From Podarcis erhardii (Eukaryota): 64,000 nt of DNA. Positions within the stretch are counted from its first letter, which is position 1; every line of letters begins with the position of its first letter. The stretch lies in assembly GCA_964252035.1 (NCBI GenBank), contig OZ176210.1. One strand, given 5' to 3'. Positions 11,747-26,978 of the stretch are shown in pieces. Both the position numbers and the translations under genes were made by a program. The notes below the pieces were generated by a model. The model made no database searches, was not told the origin of the DNA, and worked only from the letters and a program-made list of their open reading frames with translations.

Positions 11747-11866
11747 CTCTTCCTCTTTGTGACCTGGAATTTTGAGCTGTACATGATTCCTCTGACACTG
11801 TTGCTACTGTTGGTGTGGAACTACTTCCTGATTATTTCAGGGAAAGATAATAGACAACGTGATACG
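11747..11866 (+). CDS. MCTP1: MCTP1 coding exon (first transmembrane hairpin): LFLFVTWNFELYMIPLTLLLLLVWNYFLIISGKDNRQRDT
   Basis: ttccag| acceptor, 120 nt in phase 0/0, |gtaagt donor; the translation matches the vertebrate MCTP1 TM region as recalled. Confidence 0.97.
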
Positions 11867-13885
11867 GTAAGTGTCTCCTAAACTTTTTTGCTGTGGGGGC
11901 AGAGGGCAGAAGACCCTTCTCTTCATGGAGGCAGAACTTTGAAGTGGAATTTAAGCAATAAGCCTATTTGGGTGCTGGTTCACCCCTGGAGAGACATTAA
12001 GTGATTGCCTCTTAGGCTTTGCAGTTCTACCACACTCCTCAACATAATAAGAAGTTGAACATCCAAACAAGAGACTCCGTAAATATGAGGACCTTTCGTG
12101 AATTGCTGCCGTCCTTTTTAAAATCCCAAGGAAACTGTGGAAAACACCAGAGACCTGGTGCAAAGTTGTGGATGCCAGAACATAAAATCTTGGCATGTAC
12201 CTCCTTCCAGCACTTCTCCGGTGAAAATGGGGACAATGGGTGGGGTTCAGGGCAGAGTCTGGGAACCCAAAAGTGGCAAGGCAACACAATCTAGACTTGG
12301 AAGTGCAAGGGGAAACTAAAAGCACATGAGAATATATGGCTCCGGTTGACAGAAAAACAGTGCTGTATGCAGATCAAATAACAAATGCATATTTATTAAA
12401 GAGTATTGGTCTAATTTTATAAAACACAGCAATAAGTGACTAGCTGAAGTCCAGTTAATAGATGGTAGATAATAATTATGTACAGGCAGCTACCATTTTG
12501 CACAGGGGTTCAGTTCCTGATCCTTGCACGCATTGGCAGATTACACATAAGCCCACCCTGTTCTGCCACCATTCTGCCTTCTTCTGAGTCCAGAAAGACC
12601 CCTGTGTAGGCGGACATGTGTCAGTTGGGTGTGTGTAAAATGGTTGCTGCAGTTAGAAGCATTTATGAGTACAGGTAACTTGCAGCTTGGGCACATTTAA
12701 CTTACACAATTTCAGCTTTATGCACCTGATGGATGGCCGGTTGAAATCACACAAACTGAACATAAGGAAAGCGGAGAACTTAAAAAGCTCTTTTTGCACA
12801 GGATATTCCCAGTGCGGAAAGAGTTTTTAAGCTTTCCACCTCACTTACTGGGGTTTAGGAGGCCTTTCTTGGGGGATGAGACCCATTCAGTGCACTAGCT
12901 CCGGAAGGTAAGATTACTCTTACAGGGGTGGTTCTAAGGGGTTATTTTGACATTCACAATAAGTTGCAAGTTATCTGTACCTTGGAGCACATGTACGTAG
13001 AGGGCTGAGTCAAGCATTTCCTTGGCCCAGCATACCCAAATTCATGGAGGTTGTCTGTATATTTCAGCCACAGTGGCCGTATTGAGCCTTCATGTGCTTC
13101 CTGGAGTCAAGAATAGGAAACAGAAAGGTAGGCTGGGTGAATCATTGGTTTGATTCACCAAGCTTCCTTTTCTGTTCTTATTCCTCTTTAACATGCTGAT
13201 ATGCGTTAAAGAAAATTAAAATGCAGCATCTCAGAAGGCCTTTGCCCATAGAATGCCTCTCCTACATAACAATCTCAGTTTCCCAATCAATTCCAGCATG
13301 AGAGTCTGTAATAATGCTTCAGATCAATGACATTATTCACCAAGTTGCTGTCTGATTATGACAGATGGACCAATCTTGTCTCGTCACTTTTAAGTGGCAG
13401 GGAAACATTTTCCACCTATATGTATGCTTTGTTCTACTTTGTAGTATTTTAAACTAATTTTCTAATGGCTTAAAATTTTCTTTTATTTCTGAGTGTTACT
13501 ACGTGTCCAAGAGCAAATACCATTAATCTTTTTTTTGTCTCAGCCTAGATACAAAATGGTTGCCTTTTTACAGCAATATAAATAAATAAATAAATAAATA
13601 AAGGAGAGGGGTTTGCCTTGTGGGACAAGGAATAGGGCTTCTTCAGTTGTGGAACATCTTCTTTGGAACTCCCCTTCTCAATGAAACATGCTTTGTTGTG
13701 TATTACATAGGTGATACTGAGTTATAGGGAAGGACCTCAGTAGCGTGTTCTAGATAGGGATATTTCTATTTAGAAATATTTATTTCACTTTATTTCTACT
13801 CTATTTCTTTCTCCTAATGATAAAGCTCTTTGGCCTGCTAAGGGCCTCCCCTTTGTGGCCTCTTTTCTTTTCACTCGTACTAGAA

Positions 13886-14014
13886 CAGGCATAGGCAAAC
13901 TTTGGCCCTCCAGATGTTTGGGACTCCATCATCCCTAGCTAACAGGACCAATGGTCAGGGATGATGGGAATTGTAGTCCCAAACATCTGGAGGGACGGAG
14001 TTTGCCTATGCCTG
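13886..14014. mobile_element. Palindromic hAT MITE
   Basis: Perfect 15-bp TIRs caggcataggcaaac/gtttgcctatgcctg; 8-bp TSD tactagaa/ttctagaa (7/8), matching the hAT NTCTAGAN target preference. Confidence 0.9.
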
Positions 14015-17000
14015 TTCTAGAAGGTCAGTCTTGGAGAAAAGGAAACAGAATGGAACTCAACTTAGAATAGGTCAAAAGTATTTATGAGCTGAGCTGAAAT
14101 TGAAAGGGATATTTGACTCTGATTACAAAAGTTCACTATGTGTTTTTGAACTGACACCACCGCCCCCAGTTCTGAAACTCGACAATAAAACAACTGTTAT
14201 ATATTTTGGTCTTCTCCCTAAGTTTCTGCCAATATTTCTTTATCATTCTGTTAGTAATGTAAATAGAAACTACAACACAAAACAGTGGTGCCACTGATAT
14301 AGCCCAGGTGTGGGTCACAGTTTCTCAGTTGAACACTATTTAAAAATTATTCATTTGTGGGGAGGGGTTTCAGTTTATCATAATTAGCTGCAGCTTTTCC
14401 AGTATCTCAAGGTAGTTATCAAACTAATAAATCAAATATTTGATTAGGATGCCGTTCTATGCAGAAAGGATGGTGATGTGCCTTCCCCATTTATCTTTGC
14501 AATGCAAATAAGGAAGTCCCAGTTCCTACACTTGTTTGGTGCTGCAGTCCACAGAGAGTTCCTCATTCACGCACTGCACTTCCCTGTCCCCCATATAAAG
14601 TTCCCTTAGAGCAATTCAACTCTCACCTCCTGTGTTTATGCAGTGTTTTTCTCATGAGTGAAGGCTAGTTTTCAAACAGGGCAGTCGCCATGTTTGGGGG
14701 CAGTCTTCTTTCAGGGCGAAAATGCTATATTGCTCCCACAAGCAATAGAATGTGTAAATACACGGTTGAGGCTGACCGTGTAAAGCATGTCTCCATCCTT
14801 ATTATGACTGCTGGGCAGTCCATTTGTGCCCTCAGACTCTGAAGTCATGCCATAAGTTTGAGCTGCCCAACTAAGGCCTGTAGTCCTATCCCTTTTATCT
14901 AGCCGATTGAATGCAATAGGACATACTTTTGAGAAGACCTGGCTAGGATTCTCTTGTATATAATAATATTAATAGGAAGAAGTGAAACAATGTTTTCATA
15001 ACTGTTTATATGAAACATGCTTAACTGCTAAGGTCCAAGTTCCTAACTGATCCCAGCTCCATGATGCTAAAATCTCACTTGATAAACTATATTAATTCAT
15101 TTATCCCAATCATGCATACTTTGAAATCTCCCTTGAATTTATGGGTAATTGTAAATGTGCAGTTTGGGGCTATGTGTACAAGAAAATTACAATGGACTTT
15201 AAAATCCTTTAGATGGAGACATAGTTCAAATAAACATTCAATATACTGCATAGTTCTTTGTGAAAAAGGTGAGAAACAGCACACAAACTCATTAAAGATA
15301 TATACAAGTGTAGATTTGCAGTAGTCTTGGTATTAACTGTACTAGCATAAAGAGCACATTAAGCTAATAATTAAAATTGCATATTGCAAATTACGTTGGA
15401 TTTACTGTAGTGCCTGTTTATACTACATAGATCTCAATTGTTTTAAAAATCCGTTGATCATACAAGGCTATTATGTAATGAATTGAATGCATCACAAGTG
15501 AAATCCCCACTTCCTATGAGATGTCTGCCTAAAATTACAACATTAACATTTTCCTTTCCCAGACTAAAGCAATGAAACTTTTGAAAGCATTTCTTAAAAG
15601 ATAAAGACGCCTGTCTTTCCACTGCAAAGTACCAGTGTTGCTTTCTTTCACTGCAAAGTACCAGTGCTGCCTTATGTAGAGCAATATATTCAACCTTTAG
15701 TGGCAAGCTCATCATATTAATTATGACATCTAATGGTTCAGTTACCTTCATGACTATGGTAGATGAGATAGCCCAAGGTCAAATGTTTAATAGCGGCTTG
15801 GTTTTACTCATGCTGCCATGGGTTTTCCAAATACTGTTGCAGATATGCTATACAATTAACATCAATTGTTTATAAATGCCTTCTAGAATTTCTACCTGTG
15901 TGTAGAAGCAGGCTTTACATGCCTAGCCTGGGGATAACATTGTGCACAGGAAAGCACATCCTACATAGGTTGTGAGCCTGGTAACTGCAATACCTTGCTT
16001 AAGCATCTTGAGCCTGCATGTGCTCTGTCCACAGGTGCATGTGTTTATCTTGAAGCTGCCATTCTGTAAGAGATGGATGTTTTGTTTCAATTATGGCACT
16101 TTAAAAAGTTCTTCTTCCACTGTTCTGTGTGAGAGAAGCAGATGCCCTGTTGTGAAAATGACCACATAAGACTCTGATATTAGGCTTATTGACTGTAGGG
16201 AATCTTCAGCTTGACCTAAAGTACTTTCAGATGACCTGCAATAGTCTGAGTGGTTTTACACATCCTCTTCAATCCATGCACATTCAATAATTTTATATTA
16301 TAATTATGTGTAAGCACTGTAAATCAACTGACACGCAGACACATATTGTGGTTTAGATTTTGCAGAGACAAATGGGAGGGCAGGGAATTAAATCAGCTCC
16401 AGATTCCTCACGAATCCCTTTGTGTCCCTAGAGTAGAAACATTGACTCAGGACCCAGTTCTGTTTCCTTTATTGAATTAAAAAATAGTGTCAGGCCACGG
16501 TTTCATATTATTTTAGGTCGAAATAAATATACGGTATATGCAAATATTTGTTTTGGTAAGTTATGTTAACTTCTGTGTACTTTCAAAAAACAGGTGTGCT
16601 CTGAATGATGTCGGAGTGCTCCAGGATTATCCAGCATTTCACTAGTTCAGATGCCTACACTTTTTATTATTTTTCAACTATTGAGAATACCCACATGACT
16701 TGTGATTTTCTGTAGCTTTCATTCTTTATATTATGCAATTTATTCAGAATTGTTGTATGGCTTTTTAACTTAGGCACTTTTCTGTAGCTTCTTGGTAAAT
16801 ATTAAAGTCAGCACTATTCTTATTATATATGTGCAGGACCATGATGGTGGTACAACAGTTAATAAAACAGGACTGCCTACCTTTGTATGGGAAACATTTT
16901 TCTGTGTTAACTGGCAAGTGACAAAAAGGGCCATTCTACATTTTATTCATTTCAGAGGTTTGCCCATGTTTGACACCCAAGTGAAGAGTCCACACAGAGT

Positions 17001-18539
17001 TTCTGTTACCCAAGGTTCCCTAAGAAGCATTTCTTTATGAAAAATGATTGCAAATAAATGTTGGTAGCATTCATATGCCATATGTTTATGTGTAGGGCAT
17101 GATTTAGCCAAAGTTAAGTTTTTTTAAGTCATATTGATGTCACAAGGAGAGCTAATCAAATGCCTTTTTTCTAATTTAACTATCATGACCATAAAGTGCT
17201 AAGTAGCCCTGTGATTCTGTAAAATTGCCATATTAATATGACCCTACCTAACAGGAATCTAGTTGCAAAGAACAATAATATTAATATACTAATAACCCTG
17301 GCTACATTCAGGGGAAATGTGCAGCCATGTGCTAGGTTACATAATAATCTGGGCTGATCAACATAGATATGACGGTTACATGGAGTGAGCCTATTTTGTT
17401 GTGTGTCTGTTTCTACATACAACATTGCATGCATTAGCACACTTGCACATCTACAAACCTTCCTCTTTTCACATGTTTTTTGTGTAAAATATCCTTTCAC
17501 ATATTTAAAAGTGCCATTGGTCCGGGGATATTAAACCGTATTACATTGCAATTGGAGTTATGTCAGCTCCAGAATTTAAAGTCAACTGTGTCCTTGGGGT
17601 GTTTGTTTGTTTGTTTGTTTTTTGGTGTGTAGGTCAGCTCTGTTGCTTGAACCATCTGGGGCTGTTTGTTCTGCAGGGAGCTTTGCTGCTTTCTGCTTCT
17701 AGTCTAGCATGCTGTGGTCTGGTTTGCAGAGGCTGATCTGTAGCAGGACTACTTGGTTGGTTTTGTTTTCCCTCCTTTTGATCAGGATATCAAGCTCCCC
17801 AATGTGTCTTTGCATGACACAGAAGGTGAAACACCCAGAAAAACACCATTGGAAGTATTGAGTTGAGGGCCAACAAGACCAGTTTGATTGCCATAGCAGT
17901 TCAAAGGAAACATAAACCAGAATTGAATTGAACCAAAACTAGAGTATATTCAGGGCAGTAGGGAATTGAAGTTAGCACAAACCTAGAAGGCAGCCAAGGG
18001 AGAGGGATGACTGTGAAGCACCAGGTCCCACCTGCCCCTGAGGTTTGGCTGGCCAGACCTTTAGTGTGGCGGGCCCTGCCTTGTGAAACCCCTTCTTGAT
18101 CGAGGTTTGGCAGGAATCATTCCCAATCATTGTAGACATCTTTAAAAGAAAAAGAAAAACCTATGTTAATTAAGCAGGCCCTTAAAAACCGAGATCTTTA
18201 AAACCTGAGACCTGCAGTTTCAGTTGAATTTGGGGAAACCACTTGAAGCATCCATTGTATCAAGCTGTTTCAATTGCTTTTGTTTGATTTGCTCATTGCA
18301 AACAGCTGAAAGTCTGTAAATTTTTATAATAAACCTGATTTGCAATGGGAGTTGAATAATTTCAATTACAACTGTATGAAAGTGCAATTTATAAATATTT
18401 AAGTGAAATAAATAAATAAATCTTGGCTACATGGGTGGGGGGGGGGGGTCAGACAAAGGCCTGAGTCTCATCTGGAACCTTTTAACTTTAGGAGGGTAAC
18501 CAGTGACCTGTAAAGAACAAATCCTTCAATTGCAAATAC

Positions 18540-18890
18540 CTGATTCAGGAAAATAACTCAGAGACTCAATGGTGTTGGTTCAACACTCTATGTATCTTAC
18601 TGAGTATAAACGGGATGAACTTCGGTCTCCTTCCAACCAGTGAAGGCTGGTCTATTAAGGCAAATGGGGTGCTTCCCCGTCAACTTCAGTCTGCCTTCAG
18701 CCAACTCACACTTGCCATTATAACCAGTTCAGGGTGGGGAGTTTCATCCCTCTTATTCTCACACAGTGAAGATGAGGATGGGGACAAAGCTAGAATTCGT
18801 TGGTTCTGCCTGTCAATTGGACCTGGCTCCACCCACTGTTGGGTTCCCTGCCTTCCATCCTCCCTGTTCCAATGAGCATCAGTCACCACT
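18540..18890 (-). mobile_element. Possible degraded LTR
   Basis: Composition and motif order resemble the other LTR-like segments; no clean termini or TSD found. Confidence 0.3.
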
Positions 18891-21800
18891 GCTTCTAACT
18901 ATATAATTACATGATTTCAATGTATTCTGCATATCTCAATTGCAATTATATCTGCTATGTTGGGATGGATATGGGCATCTAAGCAACTTATGTGTCATGT
19001 TGTCTGCTGCCTATTTCTGTTGCATTTGTTATGTGTATACTATGATGCTTGCATTCTGGCAGGAGGAAATGATATATGGTCTGAATGCTGTCATACAAAT
19101 AATTCTGTCTTGCTTTTTTGTCAATAAATACCTTGCAAAGCAGAAAGGGAAGAGGGTTCTTGAGCCATATTGTGTAATTTATGGCTAAACAGTAAGCACA
19201 ATAAAGAAACTCGTGTGTAATATGTGAGACCATCTTATGTGTGCTCTTAAGTGTCATCTATATTCGTATAATAATCATGGATCAGCACCAGGAATTAGGT
19301 TCTTTCAATATCTTCCACTGCTATGTGTCATATACATCTGTGACAAGTGACATTACAGAAGGTCATGTCACTTTTAACTGCTTGCATTAGAGCTTTCTGA
19401 TTTCCCCGGTGCCTTTCCTTTGTTTGATTAATAATGCTGGATTTCAAGCAAGGTTGCAGACAGCAAAATTTAAAGCACAGATTCTGAAGCGATGTTAAGC
19501 ATTTCCCCCCCTACATAAACCTTAAGTAAAATACTGTTTCCTTAATGTTTGCCCTATAATATTTTTAGATGCCCTATTTAGATGCTATGCCATCCAAAGG
19601 TCTGAGAAGGAACAGCAATGCCTTATAAAGCAAAGCTGAAATGATTCTAAATAACTACGGAATAAATACAGTTGAAATGTATATGCTGCGGAATAAACTT
19701 TCTCTCCAAAAGTCGGCTGCATTACTTGCATTGCCCCCAATAACACATGAGTTATTTGAACAGAAAGATAGAACCAAAGACAGAGGATGGAGGGAGTGTT
19801 GTTCTCTCACCCCTGAGAACCACACTTTGGTTCCTGCAACACCTTCAGGTGATCCTTTGAATCAACAATGAAAATGAAACATTGATGGCCTGCTCCAGCA
19901 CAAACAGTAGCAGAAGCTACATTAAGACTCATATTTTTGGCACTCCTCCTGTGCTGCTCTTTTCAACTTATAAGGATAAAAGGAAGTATTGCTGTTTAGT
20001 GGGAAAGCATTGCTAGGAAAGGGATGGGGGGAAACTTAAAAAAAAACACAAGTAAAAATAATGGTCTCTAAAAAGTATTTGTATAAGTTCTTCACACAAC
20101 TCGATAGACTTCCAAACTGCAGTTCACATAGAAACCTAGCATATACGGGCTTCAGTAGTGTGTGGTCAGTGGACTAGGGGGACTAGGCTAGTCCCCTAAA
20201 TGTTCCCCTGGCACTTCCTTCCCACAGCCTGGGAAGTTTCTGTCTGGCTTAGGGAGGAAGATGCGATGCCTCTGGCCTGAACTGTTCCCCTATGGGAAAT
20301 TTCATTGCATGCTGCTGAAGGGCTTCTTCCTTACTTTCTCCATGACATGTTCATGAATTCCATTTCCTGTTAAGGACAAGCCAGAAATATATTTTCTGAT
20401 TCTAGCAAGACCTTCCCATCACCACTTATGCCCTTCCACTTCTCAGCAATATGGGGAGCGATGGCTGGGAAAGAGAAACTAATAGGATAGAGGCAGGCAT
20501 GCTTCATTTAGTTTTTTTAGCTTTCATCAAGAGTAGTTGGGAGGAAATGATCAAGGTTACCTACCCCCGCAGTATTATCAAGGAAAGGGTAAAAAGACCA
20601 AATAGATTTTCAATGAGAGTTTGCTCATCACAAATAATGACCAATTTGGGATGGAGATTATTCATTGCCACAATTTATTTCTAAAAGGGGAAATACTTCT
20701 TTCCACCGTCTGCCCCTTCTCTAGCCTACACGGTGTATATCCATTCTCTTACAAGCCTTAGCAGTCACCTCCCCCCCAGCAGCTATTTAATAGGGATAAC
20801 TACTCACAAAGACTAGTCAGCTTAATAGGCAAATTTCTCTATCATCAAATCACATAGATGGCCCTGTTTATAATCTGTTCTGAGAAAATGGCTAGGATTA
20901 ATCTCATGTGTAAAAACAACCTATGGTACAGATTTTCCTGAATCTTATACCTAGGTAATAGTTACTTTGAATATTTTTAAAAAGCCTTCTTACACATATA
21001 ATTTAAGAAACCAGGGTATTTTACATGGTTATTGTTAGCAGTATTTATTCATCTTTGTATCACAGGTCCATATCAGATATATCTGTGCCCTGCATAATAT
21101 TTCAATTGGAATCCAAAACAATGAAAACAAAACAATTTTGAGGCAAAATACATTAAAGAAATAACCCTAGCCTTCTGCATACAGTGTATTGTTCATGTGA
21201 AAGTGTTGTGATCACCTACCTTAAATCTAAACTGTGTTACAAGAGTTAAGCATGCAAAGGCTTTTGGTACATATTGGCTGTTAATACATATATCAGAAGT
21301 CATGATAAGTCATAAAACAAGTCATAGAGAATTTTTGGTTTGCACATTCCCCAGCCCTCCAATCATCTCCCCATTTCCTACAGCCAGGAGGATGTGTTTG
21401 GGCTCTTTCACTTCCCCTTTTGATCAACTACAGCATGTTACTTAGTTCAGACTTGGAATTGTGCTTAAATTTTACTATGGTAGCTTCCAGTAGCTATGGT
21501 TCGAAGATGGTTTGAAATAACCATATTAATCTTAACCGCAGTTTGTTCGTCTTGATAGTATAGCAAAGCACAGTTAAGTAAAACCAAATGCAGCAGTTTC
21601 TGGATAAGCAGGGGGAGGGAAGAAGGGAGTGAATGAGCCTGATGCTCACTGCAGCTTGTTGCCACAACAGACAGTCAGTCATGGCCATATGGCCATAGTG
21701 TGATCATGCAAAATATGGTTGCAAACTGTCTAGAAACTGCAGTAATACTATAAATAATACAGTGTCAACATGCAAATAGTGTCCTGTTAGGTGAAGGTCG

Positions 21801-22599
21801 CAATCTTTCAGTGGTTGAAAAAAATCTACTGTTTCTTCAATTCCATTTCTATGCTTCTCAATGTGTGTCTTTTGTATATCTTAGTGCTCTAGCACTCAGT
21901 TAAGGAGTCCTTGTCCTTTGACTCTTTACCTTCAGGGACCACCTTTTACTTTGTTTTTGGTCTGCTATATATACATTCGTACAGCTTGCTTTTTACAATG
22001 ATAAGTTAGTTTCCACCCAATCATGGCAAATCTCCTTTCAGTTCAAGGATCAATTGCTTGGCAGGGATATGAGAGTCCTGGAAAGAAGATCACAGCTGCT
22101 TCACTCCTTTCTGGTTGCTTTGCTCTTGGGCTGTGCTGACATAAGCCATAGTTTGCCTTAGTGTGCCATCAAAATCCTAGTTTTGGCTCTAACCATGAGC
22201 CATAATGAAGGTTTGTCCTATACAGGTTACTGCTAATGGTTTGTTCCGAAGAACTAAACCACAAGTCTGGGTTCAAATGACATGCTAAACCAAACTATGA
22301 ATTAGCTGAGTGCCAAACAGCAGCAAAGTGATGAGTGCAGACTCGGTGTGCACATTCATAACGAGACATGCTTTTTTCTTAACATAGCATTCAAATCAGG
22401 GCACCATCTTGATGGGATTGCATACAGGACAAAGCTTTTCAGAGTATTACCATAGTGTGAATCTGTAGGTTAAATTTTCCTATTGTGCATTTATTTGGAA
22501 ATATTTAATAAAGATTTCCAACCACAGAAGGCTTAATGATTTGGCAGAACAAAAACTACCTTGTTGACTCATGACAACTACTCCTGTTTGTGTCTGCAG

Positions 22600-22653
22600 G
22601 TAGTGGAGGACATGCTAGAGGACGAGGAAGAAGAGGATGACAGAGATGACAAG
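22600..22653 (+). CDS. MCTP1: MCTP1 coding exon (acidic linker): VVEDMLEDEEEEDDRDDK
   Basis: ctgcag| acceptor, 54 nt in phase 0/0, |gtaatt donor; continues the frame of the previous exon. Confidence 0.96.
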
Positions 22654-25600
22654 GTAATTATCTTTCCTAGCACTTGGGTACCTGGGGATGGGAGAATTTA
22701 GACATGACACTGTTCTTGCAGACAGTTAAAAAGGAGCTGAAGTGTTTTTAGTCCAGAAAATTGGACAGAGCTGTTTATCATCCTAACAATGCCAGTGTAT
22801 ATTGTAGGAAGGGAAAGAGGACTATAAATCCTCCCTTTTTTGTCCAGAGCTGGGTCATTTTTTTTTTCTCCTACCAGGAACAAAAATAATTCAGCTTGTC
22901 TGGAACTTGATAGCTGTTGTGAAGATAACTGCATTGACAACTGTTTTTGAAGGACAAAAATTTGTCCTGTCTTGAGTATTACAAATAGGGCTGTACTTAC
23001 TTGTGGGAAGAAATGTTGTAAAAATAGAAAAGCCACACTGTTTGAAGGTGGTCTATTGCCATCTATAATTTTCTGAGAATTACTTGGCAGAAGAATGTTT
23101 GGTGCGTGTTTCACTCCATATGATATTTAAATAATCACAATTCTCATGGGCCTCTTACAGATGGATTTGGGATTGGTGTTGTGCAGCCCAGCATCAACCT
23201 AAGGGACTATGGTAGCTCTTTTAGCTCTTGAGAATGTTGCTCAGTTCCTAGGTTGCTGGTCAGGTCGAGGATTTGCCACCACAGTAAATAACAGCTAGTT
23301 TATACAGGTTATTGAAGCAAGCAATAGGACTGCATGGTTGTCCCTAGAGGGGAGGGAAGAGGCACAGAGAGGAAATTAGAATGACCTTGTAAGAGTGAAG
23401 CAATGGCATTAGTTGGCAGGACTGGTTTGTGGGGAAGTAAAAGTTCAGCAAGATAAATGTTTTGTTGTGTTTTAAGTTTTGAAATGAGGGTATTTATAGA
23501 GAAAAGTATTCAGATTCTTTTAAAGCACTTCACGTTAAATACAGAAAACATTGACCTTTACAAACGTTCTTGTACTTCTGTTGTAATAAAGCACTGACTT
23601 TTTTTAAGGCTAGAGAAAGAAAAAGTATCTTAATTTATGCCCTTGACCTTTGTTGCTAGTAGAGATGTACAGTTCTGTACCGCTATAAGAATTCGTAGGC
23701 TGGCAGCTACTAAACATTTCAAGTGTCAGAAAATTCACTGTGATTAGTTACCCCTTTGAACAATTAAGGTCTGTGTTTTGAAAAATGAAAATTTGGACTA
23801 TTTCCTTATTATCTTAACATTCAAGAGACAGAGACAGCATTTTTTCCTTGTACACATTTAAATCATTTTGCTACAAGCTGCAATCATGAAATAACATCAT
23901 ACCTAAATTTTCTTTGTGCAAAGCCACGTGTGCTTTCTTTCAGTAGTGTATATGTCTGGCAACAGAATATGTGATTTATTGTGAAGGTCAGCCGTGTAGA
24001 TGTAGTGAGCTTGTATATTAACTCAAAAGCATTTCTCCTCTGATAAACATAGGTCTGCTATCCATTTGTGAGTATTTTCCTCCTCTTGTTCATATTTCAT
24101 TATAATTATAGCATATTATATGGGAATGTCCAGTAATTTTTGTATCCATAGAAATATCTGCAACACCTGTAAAATGTATACACATAAGTACTTCTAATAT
24201 ACCCTTTGTTTAAATAAATCTTAGCTACTTAGTAATTAAGGAATTGACCCATTCTTTTTGTTACTAAGTAATCAAGAAAAGTATTTTATTGTCTTGTGTA
24301 AATTACTTAACAAGCAAACCATACTAAGCTAAAAATAGCATACTATCTGGAACGGTATTTGGCAGTCTGAATCCAACAAAATGGTTCCAAAATACTTCTT
24401 GAATATAACTACTCAAGCCATGAAGATATGAATTCCATGCTATTTATTCTTATGGGAAAACGTTTAGACTGAATATTCACAATATAATGTCCATAAGTGT
24501 CTGGGTTTATGTAACACTATAGTTCGATGCAAATAATGTATACAGGATTATTTTGCAAAGCATTCCTAGAGACTAGACACTGTATTTTTGGAAGAGAACC
24601 TTTACATTTGCAGAATTTTAGAAGGATTAGTTTTAGTTCTCCTCCATACCCTAAACTAGACTTGTATTGCATGGATAATTGTGTATAATACACAACAAGA
24701 GTGAATTCACACATTTTAACGGTGTGTATAATACAGTTTTGAGAGAAAACAAATGTAAATTCTGCAGTGTTGATTGATGCTGACCTCTAGCTCTCATTAC
24801 TTTTCTGTTTTCTCATTTGGTAAAATAGCAAAGTGAGGTCAGTGGGTCCCCTTATAGAATAAAAGTCAAAAGATTAATAAATGTGCCAAAGCCTCACTTT
24901 AATTGAAGCTGAAGCATATGTTGCAAGCATATAAAATATGTCCCAGATGTTTGACCATGCCAAGTAACTTAGTTTTCCCCGATTACCACAAGGCAACTAT
25001 TAGTCCAGTAACCTTTGGACTTGGGGGTAAATAGGGTATTACATGGCAGACAACAAGAGCACCTGTTTTCCATTCAATAAAGACCTTTGGCAAGCTTTGC
25101 CTAAACTGCGCCATATGTTTTCACTTAGCAGATAGTTGGGTGATTATGAAAAGTGTCTTTCCTCAGAACTGGTATAGATATTTGCCTCTTACTCAAACCG
25201 AATGGATAACTCCTTGACTACTTCTAGAAAGCCTGTGTGGGCACTCCCTGCAATAGGTTTTTAGATGAAAAGGGTTTTCTCTCTGACGGCCCCAAAGAAA
25301 CTGTAGATTCATGAGCAGAATAATTAACCTTTCTGTGATATATGTTTGTTAGTAGCCCATGAGGAGCTATTAAGTGGCTGGAGAAGTGTAGTTCTGATAA
25401 ATAATCTTGCCCACTCAAATATTACTTCAGTATTGATCGCATTACATTGTTCTGACTTGCTCTTCCACTGATGTTCAAGTCATGTGCAATGTAACACTCT
25501 TATCTTGTTTGCTGTTATCCTGTTTAAAACATTCTAAATATTACAGCTGAATATTCAGTTGGTTAAATTCAAATCAGTGGGCGATAACCAGTGTCAGTCA

Positions 25601-26937
25601 TACTCAGAGTAGATCCATGGAAATAAATTGAGTTAAGTCTGTTCATTTTGACAGGCCTACTCTGGGTATTACTAACATTGGATATAACCCAATATGTAAA
25701 ACTCAATACTGCTAGACTAAGCCCCAAATGTTGCAGAATTCCAATTTCCTACATATGTAGCTACCGCTTGTTCTGCAAATTCCTCCCTCTGATCACCTAT
25801 TCCAGCTGTGCCTGCAGCTTGAACTAAGGGGTGTGATCAGCTCTGCTAGTGTTTAGTCAGACAGTCAAATAATTTGAAACTCCAGATCACCTCATCAACG
25901 TAAGAATACCTGCCTGCCTGTGTGATGGTAAAGGCCATCACCTATTTGATGCCCGCTGGTTGAATCTGGAATCCTTCAGAAAGGACAGGATGAAAAAATC
26001 AGATGCAATAAAAGATAACAGAAAAATTGTTTGGTTTCCATAACCCCTTGGTCCAAATAAGCTACTCTCATAACTTTGACTTTCCCAGTATGTACTTAAA
26101 TTGGTGCTGGTTTTACTTGGGACAGTCAGGAATTAATCATGCCCATCTTCAAAGCCATGTCTCTTCACAAATTTTACAACCCTGTTTCTAGGGGCTGTCA
26201 CTCAAATTAAAAATGTCTTGTTTCTTGTGTTAAATGCAGAATTAGCCATATTAACATTTTCTTCAAAGTGTTAATAACTAAAAGACACTCTAAGCATCAC
26301 TTTTGAAAGCAGCCTTGATCTATCATAATGCAGCAATCGTTCCTGATCTCACATTAAGGCAATTGACATCAAAAGCAGCACTGTTTGGTTCTGAATTAAC
26401 TTGCAGTAGCCATTCTGAGTTCAGCATTGAGAGATCACATTTGGACTTGTGTTAGTCTCTCTGGGACTGTGGGTTTGCAAACTATTGAATACATTACTCT
26501 GATTCTTGCAAGGAGCTTTTTCTCTCTCGTCAAATATAATATACATAACAGTGATCAATTTATTGAGTATTCCAAGTATGACGCAAGTCATATTGAAGGC
26601 AGTTCTTATTAACTTTATTAACTGTTTAGGAACATAAACTAAATTAGATTTCTCTCTTTACTAAAATGCCCCTGGATTTAGGGAACTTGTTACTTAAATG
26701 TATAGATAAATGTTCTAAGAATGGGTTTACAAAATAACACAATGGAAATATATTTGCTGGGAATTTCTGAATCTAATGAGGTTATGTAATTATTTATTAT
26801 AGAATTAAACATTTCAATTACTGTATGTCCACGCTCTGGACAAGGACTATAGCCCTGGAATATTAAAGAGAATATTAAAAATGAACTGCTTTTTAAAAAT
26901 AATGCTCTGCCCATTTCTAGTCACGATAATGCTTCCT

Positions 26938-26939
<2 letters not shown>

Positions 26940-26976
<37 letters not shown>
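26940..26976. repeat. (CA)18 microsatellite
   Basis: Direct reading. Confidence 0.98.

Positions 26977-26978
<2 letters not shown>

Noticed and set aside
22698-23114. 138-aa minus-strand ORF
   Set aside because: No homology or splice support; consistent with chance
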